Of a stretch of 35,488 bases of DNA, positions 27,745 to 35,488 are shown piece after piece. Made by a program: the position numbers and the translations under genes. The notes below the pieces were generated by a model, which was not told the DNA's origin, did no database searches, and saw nothing but the letters and a program-made list of their open reading frames with translations. Each line of letters starts with the position of its first letter. Positions within the stretch are counted from its first letter, which is position 1. The DNA is from Gammaproteobacteria bacterium (lineage in GTDB: Bacteria; Pseudomonadota; Gammaproteobacteria; J044): positions 1 through 35,488 of the forward strand of contig RFHG01000227.1 in the NCBI GenBank assembly GCA_003696465.1, in the 5' to 3' direction.

Positions 27745-27998
27745 GACCTCTCTCCCCCTTGTCTCGCGCCCGGCGAATGCTGCGGGCTTATTTCGAAGCT
27801 GATCATAACTTTAGCAGAAAAACCTGTAAAACTGCACGAAATCGGACGCGAAGCCGGTCACGCTTCCGCCCGGAAGCCCTGCCCACCTCCCCGGAAGACC
27901 GGATCACGCCAGCCAACCCCATGATTGTTCTTGGATTTTCTTCAGGGACATGGATTCATAGTAGAATCCTGCAGGCATCCCACGCAAGGTATCCGATC

Positions 27999-28535
27999 AT
28001 GGCCCTGCTCCAGATACTGCATTTTCCCGACCCCCGACTGCGCCTGAAGGCGGAGCCGGTGGAACAGGTCGATGACGAGATCCGACAGATCGTCGACGAC
28101 ATGTTCGAGACCATGTATGCGGCCCCCGGCATCGGCCTGGCCGCCACCCAGGTGAACATCCAGAAGCGAATCATCGTCATCGACGTCTCCGAGGACAAGA
28201 GTCAGCCGATCTGCCTCATCAACCCGGAGATCATCGAGCGCGACGGCGAGGAAGAGATGGAGGAAGGCTGCCTCTCGGTGCCGGGCTTCTACGAAAAGGT
28301 ACAGCGTGCCCGCCATGTCCGGGTGCGCGCCCTCGACCGTGAGGGACAGCCCTTCGAGATCGAGGACGACGGGCTGCTCGCAGTCTGCATCCAGCACGAG
28401 ATCGACCACCTGGACGGCAAGCTGTTTGTCGATTACTTGTCGAACCTGAAGCGCGAGCGCATCCGCAAGAAGCTGGAAAAGCAGGCCCGCCTCGGCCAGC
28501 TGCCCCGCATCGAACAGCCCGAACATGCCATCTGA
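27999..28535 (+). CDS. def: Peptide deformylase
   Basis: 178 aa from [14 protein letters not shown], with the three Def motifs ([25 protein letters not shown]). The ORF-track start at 27717 and the in-frame ATG at 27921 would add a non-conserved N-terminal extension. Confidence 0.96.
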   Translation: MALLQILHFPDPRLRLKAEPVEQVDDEIRQIVDDMFETMYAAPGIGLAATQVNIQKRIIVIDVSEDKSQPICLINPEIIERDGEEEMEEGCLSVPGFYEKVQRARHVRVRALDREGQPFEIEDDGLLAVCIQHEIDHLDGKLFVDYLSNLKRERIRKKLEKQARLGQLPRIEQPEHAI

Positions 28536-29466
28536 GCCGCTGCGCATCGTCTATGCCGGCACCCCCGAGTTTGCGGTCCCGGCCCTGCAGGCGCTGATCG
28601 ACTCCCCGCACGAGGTGGTGGCGGTCTATACCCAGCCGGACCGTCCGGCCGGCCGTGGCCGCAAGCTGCGCGCCAGCCCCGTCAAGCAGCTGGCCCTGGC
28701 CCATGACCTGCCGGTGGAACAGCCGACCAGCCTGCGCGATGAACAGGCCCAGGCACATCTGGCCGACCTGCGGCCGGACCTCATGGTGGTGGCCGCCTAT
28801 GGCCTGATTCTGCCGAAAGCCGTGCTGGAGACCCCCCGTCTGGGCTGCATCAACATCCATGCCTCGCTGCTGCCCCGCTGGCGTGGCGCGGCCCCCATCC
28901 AGCGCGCCATCCTCGCCGGCGACCGCGAGACCGGGGTCACCATCATGCAGATGGACGAAGGGCTCGACACCGGTGCCATGCTGCTGAAAAGGGCCCTGCC
29001 CATCGCCGAGGACGACACCGCGGCCAGCCTGCATGACCGCCTGGCGGTGCTGGGCGCCGAGGCACTGATGGAGGCCCTGCCCGGGATCATGGACGGCAGT
29101 CTCGAGGCCATCCCCCAGAACGAGGCCGAGGCCACCTATGCCGCCAAGCTCGACAAGGCTGAGGCGCGCATCGACTGGCAGCAGCCGGCCGAACACATCG
29201 CCCGTCAGGTTCGGGCCTTCAATCCCTGGCCGGTGGCCCAGGCCGAACTCGACGGCCAGCCCCTGCGCATCTGGGAGGCGCGTGCAGTGGACTGCCCGGC
29301 GCAGGCGGAACCGGGCACGGTGGTCGCGGAATCGGCCGAGGGCATCGATGTCGCCGCCGGAGAAGGCTGTCTGCGCATCACCCGCCTGCAACTGCCCGGT
29401 GGCAAGCAGCTGCCGGCCGCCACCTTCCTCAACGGCCGCAGCCTGGCCGGCAAGCGGCTGCAGTGA
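28525..29466 (+). CDS. fmt: Methionyl-tRNA formyltransferase
   Basis: 313-aa ORF with [37 protein letters not shown] and a C-terminal tRNA-binding domain. It overlaps the def stop by 11 nt. Confidence 0.96.
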   Translation: MPSEPLRIVYAGTPEFAVPALQALIDSPHEVVAVYTQPDRPAGRGRKLRASPVKQLALAHDLPVEQPTSLRDEQAQAHLADLRPDLMVVAAYGLILPKAVLETPRLGCINIHASLLPRWRGAAPIQRAILAGDRETGVTIMQMDEGLDTGAMLLKRALPIAEDDTAASLHDRLAVLGAEALMEALPGIMDGSLEAIPQNEAEATYAAKLDKAEARIDWQQPAEHIARQVRAFNPWPVAQAELDGQPLRIWEARAVDCPAQAEPGTVVAESAEGIDVAAGEGCLRITRLQLPGGKQLPAATFLNGRSLAGKRLQ

Positions 29467-30755
29467 AGCCCGCCCGACTGGTGGCCAGCGAGGCCCTGTG
29501 CGCCGTACTCGACGGCGCCTCGCTGGCACGCGCCCTGCCGCCCCGCCTGAGTGAGAGCGACAACCCGCCCCTGACCCAGGAACTGGTCTATGGCGCCCTG
29601 CGCTGGCACTTCCACATCGAGGGGCTGCTCGGGCAACTGCTCGAGCGCCCGATCCGCGACAAGGACCGCATCCTGCGCTGCCTGCTGCATGTCGGCCTGT
29701 ACCAGCTGATGGAAATGGACCTGCCTCCGCATGCGGCGGTCAACGAAACGGTGGCCGTCACCCGGGCCCTGAAGCGTCCCTGGGCACGTGGCCTGGTCAA
29801 TGCCGTACTGCGTCGCTACCAGCGCGAGGCCGAGCGGCTGGAGGCCAGCCTGGACGAGGCCGACCGCCTGTCCCATCCGCGCTGGCTGCTCGAACGCCTC
29901 AGGCAGGCCTGGCCGAACGAATGGCAGCGCATCTGCGAGGAGAACAACCGGCGCCCGCCCATGGTGCTGCGGGTCAACCGGCTGCGCCAGTCACGCGACG
30001 CGTATCTGCAGCAACTGGCGGCAGAGGGCATCGAGGCCCGACCCCACCCCTGTTCCGAGGTGGCCATCGAGCTGGCCCGCCCGGTACCGGTGGAGGCCCT
30101 GCCCGGTTTTGCCGACGGCGCCGTGTCGGTGCAGGATGCGGCGGCCCAGCTCGCGGCACGCTTCCTCGACCCGCAGCCGGGCGAGCGGGTGCTGGATGCC
30201 TGCGCCGCCCCCGGCGGCAAGACCGCTCACCTGCTGGAGCATGCCGGTGGAGACCTCGACCTGCTGGCACTGGAAATGGAGCCGGCGCGCCTGCCTGCGC
30301 TGCGCGAGACGCTGGAGCGCCTGGGGCTCGAGGCCGAGATCCGCCAGGGCGATGCCGCATGCCCCGAGGACTGGTGGGACGGCCGCCCCTTCGACCGCAT
30401 CCTGCTCGACGCGCCCTGCTCGGCAACCGGCGTATTGCGCCGCAATCCCGACATCCGCGTGCACCGGCGCCCGCAGGACATCGCCCGCTTGCAGGCCACA
30501 CAGCAATCATTGTTAAATGCCCTGTGGCCTCTGCTCCGGCCCGGCGGGCGCCTGCTCTATGCCACCTGCTCGGTATTGCCGGAAGAGAACCGCGAACGCG
30601 TCGCGGAGCTGGTCGCAGGGCAGGCGGACGCCCGGCTGCTGCCCCTGCCCGCGGACTGTGGCAGCGATGCCGGCTGCGGACTGCAGATCCTGCCCGGAGA
30701 CGAGGAAATGGACGGATTCTTCCACGCACTGATCGAGAAGCGCCGCGACTCTTGA
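29463..30755 (+). CDS. rsmB: 16S rRNA (cytosine967-C5)-methyltransferase
   Basis: 430-aa ORF with a GTG start overlapping the fmt stop (GTGA). It has an N-terminal NusB-like domain, a SAM-MTase core ([37 protein letters not shown]), and follows fmt as expected. Confidence 0.93.
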   Translation: MKPARLVASEALCAVLDGASLARALPPRLSESDNPPLTQELVYGALRWHFHIEGLLGQLLERPIRDKDRILRCLLHVGLYQLMEMDLPPHAAVNETVAVTRALKRPWARGLVNAVLRRYQREAERLEASLDEADRLSHPRWLLERLRQAWPNEWQRICEENNRRPPMVLRVNRLRQSRDAYLQQLAAEGIEARPHPCSEVAIELARPVPVEALPGFADGAVSVQDAAAQLAARFLDPQPGERVLDACAAPGGKTAHLLEHAGGDLDLLALEMEPARLPALRETLERLGLEAEIRQGDAACPEDWWDGRPFDRILLDAPCSATGVLRRNPDIRVHRRPQDIARLQATQQSLLNALWPLLRPGGRLLYATCSVLPEENRERVAELVAGQADARLLPLPADCGSDAGCGLQILPGDEEMDGFFHALIEKRRDS

Positions 30756-31330
30756 TGCCCTTCTGCCGCCAATGTCTCCTTCTTCTGCTCGGCGGCTTGC
30801 TGGCGGGTGCTGCCGTGCCGGCCGTCGCGGACGAGGCGCCGGCCACCCGCATCGAGATCCACAATCCGCACAGCCGGCTGGTCGACGGGGTGTGGCAGGT
30901 CGATGCCGACATCGACATCGAGCTGCACGACCCGCTGCTGGAGGCCCTGCACAGCGGCGTGGCCCTGACCTTCGTCATCGAGTTCGAGGTGCTGCGTCCG
31001 CGCAGGCTCTGGTTCGACGAGACCGTGGCCGAACTCGAACAGCGCTACCGGGTGAGCTATCACGCCCTCAGCCGCCAGTACCTGCTGATCAACCTCAACA
31101 CCCGCGAAGTGCTCACCTTCTACGGCCTGCGCGCCCTGCTCGACCGGCTGGGCCGGGTGCGCCAGTTCCCGGTCATCGACAACCGGCTGCTCGAGCCTGA
31201 AACCCATTACGACGTGGCCATGCGCATGCGGCTGGATGCGGACGAACTGCCCCTCCCCCTGAGATTGCGGGCCTGGACCAGCTCCGACTGGGGCCCGAGC
31301 AGCGACTGGGCACGATGGCCACTCCGCTGA
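30755..31330 (+). CDS. Secreted protein of unknown function (DUF4390-like)
   Basis: 191-aa frame whose ATG overlaps the rsmB stop (TGATG). It has a signal peptide ([28 protein letters not shown]). The body resembles the DUF4390 proteins I recall between rsmB and ntrY-type kinases. It has no matching entry of its own in the ORF track, because it forms the tail of the artefactual 29921-31330 frame. Confidence 0.7.
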   Translation: MPFCRQCLLLLLGGLLAGAAVPAVADEAPATRIEIHNPHSRLVDGVWQVDADIDIELHDPLLEALHSGVALTFVIEFEVLRPRRLWFDETVAELEQRYRVSYHALSRQYLLINLNTREVLTFYGLRALLDRLGRVRQFPVIDNRLLEPETHYDVAMRMRLDADELPLPLRLRAWTSSDWGPSSDWARWPLR

Positions 31331-33540
31331 GGAGCTTTACCGGCAGCGTACTGCCGGTGGTCGGCCTGTTCGCGCTGCTGATGACCTCGCTGTGGCTGAT
31401 GAGCGATGCCACCGAGAACGCCGAACGCTTCGGGCGGCTCTACATCGGCCTGATCTTCTTCAATGCCATCGTCCTGCTGGCCCTGCTGGTGATGATCGGC
31501 ATGAACCTGTTCGTGGTGCTGCGCCAGGCCTTTGCCCGCGAGCCCGGCTCGCGCCTGACCCTGCGCCTGATCATCCTCTTCATCGCCCTCGCCCTGGTAC
31601 CGGTTTCCATCGTCTACTGGTTCTCGGTGCGCTTCCTCGACCGCGGCATCGACAGCTGGTTCGATGTGCGTGTGGAGCAGGCACTGGAGAACGCGCTGGA
31701 GCTGAGCCAGGCGGCGCTGGACGAGCGCATGCGCGACTTCCGCGAGCAGACCCGCGAGATGGCCCGCCGGCTGCAGGACGTGCCGGACGACCTCGCGGCT
31801 CTGACCCTCAACGAGCTGCGCACCCAGGCCGAGGCCTCGGAGATCTATCTGATCGGCGACAACAACCACATCATTGCCACCAGCAGCGAACGCTCCGAGG
31901 TGCCGGTGCCGCCGGCCGACCTGAAGCGCGAGCGGCTGATGCTGTCCTCGGACCAGGTCACGGCGATCCTCGAGCCGCTGTCGGAAGACCAGCTGCTGGT
32001 GCGCACCGCGGCCGTCGTCCCCAGCTCCGACCCGACCCAGAAGCCCCGCCTGCTGGTAGTGCGTTATCGGCTCGATCCGCGCATCAGCGAACTGGCCCGT
32101 TCGGTGCAGCAGTCGTTCACCGAATACAAGGAGCTGGCCTACCTGCGCAAGCCGCTCAAGCAGAACTTCATCCTCACCCTGTCGCTGGTCCTCTTGCTGG
32201 GCGTTCTGTTCGCGGTCTGGGCCGCCTTCTTCTCCGCCCGCCGGCTGATGGCGCCGATCCGCGAGCTGGCCGAGGGCACCCGCGCCGTGGCGGCCGGCGA
32301 GTACCACAAGAAGCTGGTCGCGGGCGACCGCGACGAACTGGGCTTCCTGGTGCGCTCGTTCAACGAGATGACCACCCGCCTGGCCCTGGCCTACGAACAG
32401 GTGGATCGCAGCAAGCAGCTGGCAGAGCGCCAGCGCGCCTACCTGCAGACCGTGCTCGAGCATATCTCTTCCGGCGTGCTGACGCTGGATGAACACGGAG
32501 TCATCCGCACCGCCAACGCCGAGGCCAGCCGCATCCTCGAGAGCGAAACCCCGCTGCAGGACCTGCGCGGCCAACTGCTGGAGGAGGTGGCCGAGCACAC
32601 TCCGCTGCTGAAACGCTTCTGGCAGCATATTCACCCCCACCTCGAGCATGCCCGCGAACGTGGCCAGGAATGGCAGGACGAGGTCATCGTGTTCGGTGCC
32701 AGCGGGCGCAAGATCCTCATCTGCCGGGGCGCCGTGCTCCCGGCCGAGCGGCCCGAAGACGCCGGTCACGTGGTCGTGTTCGATGACGTGACCGACATGA
32801 TCCAGGCCCAGCGCGATGCCGCCTGGGGCGAGGTTGCACGCCGCCTGGCCCACGAGATCAAGAACCCGCTGACCCCGATCCAGCTCTCGGCCGAACGCCT
32901 CGGGCACAAGCTGGCGCCGGAACTGGATGCGCCCAGTCGCGAGTTCCTGCAGCGGGCCGTGCAGACCATCGTGGCCCAGGTAGAGGCGATGAAGACCATG
33001 GTCAATGCCTTCAGCGAATACGCCCGCACGCCGCGCATCGAGCTGCATCCGGTCGACCTCAACGCCCTCGTGCGCGAGGTCGTCGAGCTGTATCGCAACA
33101 ACCCGGAAGGGGTACGCATCGAGCATGAGCTGGATGCGCGCATGCCGATGATCGAGGCCGACCCGGCCCGCATGCGCCAGGTCCTCAACAACCTGCTCAA
33201 GAACGCCATCGAGGCCCTGGCAGGGCGACCCGATCCACGCATCACCATCAGCACCCGCTGCATGGAAGAGGCCGGCTGCCGCTTCGTCGAGCTGCTGGTG
33301 GCCGACAACGGCCCCGGCTTCAGCGAGGAAGTGTTCCCGCAGCTGTTCGAACCCTATGTCACCGACAAGCCGCGTGGCAGCGGACTGGGGCTGGCCATCG
33401 TCAAGAAGGTGATCGAGGAACATGGTGGTATCATCTGGGCCCAGAACGCCCCCGAAGGCGGTGCACGCATCTTCGTGCGGCTGCCGGTAGTGGCACCGGG
33501 CCACGATGCGTCACACGGTGAGGAAACCGAGCAGGCATGA
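31315..33540 (+). CDS. ntrY: NtrY-like sensor histidine kinase (multi-TM, HAMP, PAS, HisKA, HATPase)
   Basis: 741-aa ORF with N-terminal TM helices, HAMP (PIRELAEGTRAVAAGEY), PAS (LQTVLEHISSGVLTLDEHGVIRTAN), an H-box (LAHEIKNPLTPIQLSAERL), and N/G boxes (LNNLLKNAIEA, DNGPGF, GSGLGLAIV). Confidence 0.88.
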   Translation: MATPLRSFTGSVLPVVGLFALLMTSLWLMSDATENAERFGRLYIGLIFFNAIVLLALLVMIGMNLFVVLRQAFAREPGSRLTLRLIILFIALALVPVSIVYWFSVRFLDRGIDSWFDVRVEQALENALELSQAALDERMRDFREQTREMARRLQDVPDDLAALTLNELRTQAEASEIYLIGDNNHIIATSSERSEVPVPPADLKRERLMLSSDQVTAILEPLSEDQLLVRTAAVVPSSDPTQKPRLLVVRYRLDPRISELARSVQQSFTEYKELAYLRKPLKQNFILTLSLVLLLGVLFAVWAAFFSARRLMAPIRELAEGTRAVAAGEYHKKLVAGDRDELGFLVRSFNEMTTRLALAYEQVDRSKQLAERQRAYLQTVLEHISSGVLTLDEHGVIRTANAEASRILESETPLQDLRGQLLEEVAEHTPLLKRFWQHIHPHLEHARERGQEWQDEVIVFGASGRKILICRGAVLPAERPEDAGHVVVFDDVTDMIQAQRDAAWGEVARRLAHEIKNPLTPIQLSAERLGHKLAPELDAPSREFLQRAVQTIVAQVEAMKTMVNAFSEYARTPRIELHPVDLNALVREVVELYRNNPEGVRIEHELDARMPMIEADPARMRQVLNNLLKNAIEALAGRPDPRITISTRCMEEAGCRFVELLVADNGPGFSEEVFPQLFEPYVTDKPRGSGLGLAIVKKVIEEHGGIIWAQNAPEGGARIFVRLPVVAPGHDASHGEETEQA

Positions 33541-34913
33541 GCGGAGAACACATCCTGGTCATTGACGACGAGCCCGACATCCGCGAGCTGGTACGCGAGA
33601 TCCTGGCCGACGAGGGCTACGAGGTGAGTACTGCCGAGGATGCCGAACAGGCCCGGCTGCGCCGCCGGGAGCGGCGCCCCGACCTGGTCCTGCTCGACAT
33701 CTGGATGCCCGGCACCGACGGTATCAGCCTGCTCAAGGAGTGGCGCGAGGAAGGCGAGCTGCCGTTTCCGGTCATCATGATGTCGGGCCACGGCACGGTG
33801 GAAACCGCGGTCGAGGCCACCCGTCTGGGGGCCTACGACTTCATCGAAAAGCCGATCTCCCTGGCCAAGCTGCTGCTCACCATCGAGCGCGCCCTGCAGG
33901 CCGAACGCCTGGCACGCGAGAACATCGGCCTGCGGCGCCAGCTCAGCACCCCGGTCGTCCCGGTCGGCGACAGCCAGGCGATGAGGGCGCTGCGCACGCA
34001 GCTCGAGCGCATCGCCCGCCACGACACCCCGGTGCTCATCACCGGCGAGCAGGGCACCGGCAAGCAGACCTGTGCCCGCTACCTGCACAGCCTCAGTGCC
34101 CGTTCGGAACGCCCCTTCGTGGAGCTGTCGCTGGTGCCCCACTCGCGCGAGTCCATCGCCACCGAGCTGTTCGGCTGCGAGCGCGAGAACGAGGTGCACT
34201 ATGGCCTGCTGGAGCAGGCCAGCGGCGGCATCCTGTTCATCGAGGAGCTCACCGACCTCGACCTCCCCACCCAGACCCAGCTGCTGGCGGCACTGGAGTC
34301 GGGCAGTTTCCTGCGGGTGGGCGGCAGCGAGCCGGTGCACATCAATGTGCGCGTGATCGCGGCCAGTCACAAGGACCTGGAAGAGGCGGTACGCAGCGGC
34401 CAGCTGCGCGAGGACCTGTATTACCGGCTCAACGTGGTGCCGGTCCACGTGCCGCCACTGCGTGAACACCCGGAGGACGTGCCGGAACTGGTCGACCACT
34501 ATGTGGAACTGTTTCACAACCAGCAGGGTCTGCCCTGGCGCCACTTCCCGGTCGCGGTCAAGAATACCCTCATGCACTACCACTGGCCCGGCAACATCCG
34601 CGAACTGCAGAACCTGGTCCAGCGGCTGCTGATCCTCGGCAGCGACACCGAGGTCAGCCTGGAGGAAGTCACCGCGGCCCTCTCCGGGCCGACAGCGGAA
34701 GCACAGAGCGACCTCATCGAGGCCGCCTGGCTGTCGCTGCCGCTGCGCGAGGCGCGGGAACAGTTCGAACGCACCTACCTGCTGAAGAAGCTGCGCGAGA
34801 CGGGCGGCAACATCTCGCAGCTGGCACGCGAGATCGGCATGGAGCGCACCCATCTGTACCGCAAGCTCAAGGCGCTGAACATCGACCCCAAGGAACAGCA
34901 GCACTCGTCATGA
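33537..34913 (+). CDS. ntrX: NtrX-like response regulator (REC - AAA+ - Fis-type HTH) lacking the GAFTGA motif
   Basis: 458-aa ORF whose ATG overlaps the kinase stop (ATGA). It has REC ([18 protein letters not shown]), AAA+ ([37 protein letters not shown]) and a C-terminal HTH ([23 protein letters not shown]). Confidence 0.88.
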   Translation: MSGEHILVIDDEPDIRELVREILADEGYEVSTAEDAEQARLRRRERRPDLVLLDIWMPGTDGISLLKEWREEGELPFPVIMMSGHGTVETAVEATRLGAYDFIEKPISLAKLLLTIERALQAERLARENIGLRRQLSTPVVPVGDSQAMRALRTQLERIARHDTPVLITGEQGTGKQTCARYLHSLSARSERPFVELSLVPHSRESIATELFGCERENEVHYGLLEQASGGILFIEELTDLDLPTQTQLLAALESGSFLRVGGSEPVHINVRVIAASHKDLEEAVRSGQLREDLYYRLNVVPVHVPPLREHPEDVPELVDHYVELFHNQQGLPWRHFPVAVKNTLMHYHWPGNIRELQNLVQRLLILGSDTEVSLEEVTAALSGPTAEAQSDLIEAAWLSLPLREAREQFERTYLLKKLRETGGNISQLAREIGMERTHLYRKLKALNIDPKEQQHSS

Positions 34914-35488
34914 AGATCATCATCCTCGGCGCGGGCCAGGTGGGCAGCTCACTGGCCCAGAACCTGGCCAGCGAGTCCAACGACATCACGGTGGTGGACA
35001 CCGACCTCGATGTCCTGCGCGACCTCAAGGACCGGCTCGACATCCGCACCGTTACCGGCCAGGGTTCACGCCCCAATGTGCTGGAACGCGCCGGTGCCGA
35101 GGACGCCGACATGCTCATCGCCGTGACCAACAGCGACGAGACCAACATGGTCGCCTGCCAGGTGGCCTACACCGTGTTCCACACGCCCACGCGCATCGCC
35201 CGCGTGCGCGCGGCCGAATACCTGGAGCACCCCGAGCTGTTCGGGGCGAAGGCCCTGCCGATCGACACCCTGATCAGTCCCGAGGCCCTGGTCACGCACC
35301 ACATCCGCCGGCTCATCGAACACCCGGGGGCACTGCAGGTACTGGACTTTGCCGGCGGCCGGGTCCAGCTGGTCGGGGTACGGGCCTATTATGGCGGCCC
35401 GCTGGTGGGTCACGAGCTGCGCACGCTGGCCAGGCACATGCCCAACATCGACACGCGGGTCGCGGCCATCTTCCGCCACGACCGGGCC
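34910..35488 (+). CDS. trkA: Trk potassium uptake system NAD-binding protein TrkA (5' part, truncated by window end)
   Basis: I translated this frame by hand: [87 protein letters not shown]. It has a Rossmann GxGxxG and matches TrkA throughout. The ATG overlaps the ntrX stop (ATGA). It is absent from the ORF track because there is no stop within the window. Confidence 0.93.
   Translation, partial: MKIIILGAGQVGSSLAQNLASESNDITVVDTDLDVLRDLKDRLDIRTVTGQGSRPNVLERAGAEDADMLIAVTNSDETNMVACQVAYTVFHTPTRIARVRAAEYLEHPELFGAKALPIDTLISPEALVTHHIRRLIEHPGALQVLDFAGGRVQLVGVRAYYGGPLVGHELRTLARHMPNIDTRVAAIFRHDRA

Noticed and set aside
27745-27998. The relatively AT-richer 254-bp divergent spacer between the LysM lipoprotein gene and def. 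It contains short direct repeats (TGGATT x2, CCCGGAAG x2) and a TAGAAT hexamer at 27962-27967, and I considered it as a possible small gene, sRNA or structured element.
   Set aside because: There is no convincing ORF with a ribosome-binding site, no extended hairpin, and no good -35 partner for the hexamer. Ordinary divergent promoter DNA is the simplest reading. The repeats are too short to be significant.
29921-31330. A 469-aa plus-strand ORF overlapping rsmB, and a 334-aa minus-strand ORF at 29974-30978.
   Set aside because: Only the last 191 codons (from the ATG at 30755) look like a real protein, with a signal peptide and a DUF4390-like body. The upstream part is an Arg/Pro/Gly-rich alternative frame of rsmB.

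Overview
This is a GC-rich, densely coding stretch of proteobacterial chromosome, and its synteny looks gammaproteobacterial. I saw no rRNA, CRISPR array, integrase, transposase or obvious defence island. Gene order: gltB | dnaG-rpoD-tRNA(CAU) | motA/pomA-motB-PilZ-HDOD/GAF | ubiA (-) | gor, gamma-carbonic-anhydrase-like and a small membrane protein | aroE-hemB-ArsR/rhodanese regulator (-) | REC-REC-PAS-GGDEF-EAL protein | hemF-tsaC-topA-smg-dprA-LysM lipoprotein (-) | def-fmt-rsmB-DUF4390-like-ntrY-like-ntrX-like-trkA (cut by the window end). Most of this is housekeeping with familiar synteny blocks: dnaG-rpoD-ileX, dprA-smg-topA-tsaC, and def-fmt-rsmB...trkA. Many neighbouring genes overlap by 1-16 nt, which suggests translational coupling. 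The many long ORFs antisense to these genes are stop-poor frames typical of GC-rich DNA, not genes. The best candidate for an under-described system is the four-gene module at 8474-12116. It encodes a PomA/PomB-type flagellar stator followed, with overlapping stop/start codons, by an atypical split PilZ c-di-GMP receptor and an HDOD-GAF protein. This could be a stator-dedicated second-messenger control module. Secondary items: an ArsR-rhodanese fusion with an unusual cysteine pattern, divergent from a pseudo-receiver/receiver GGDEF-EAL enzyme; a secreted DUF4390-like protein coupled to an NtrY/NtrX-like pair whose regulator lacks the GAFTGA sigma-54 contact motif; and a TopA with one cysteine in total, no zinc fingers and a lysine-repeat tail. 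Novelty cannot be established without database and neighbourhood searches. All domain calls come from reading the translations by eye.
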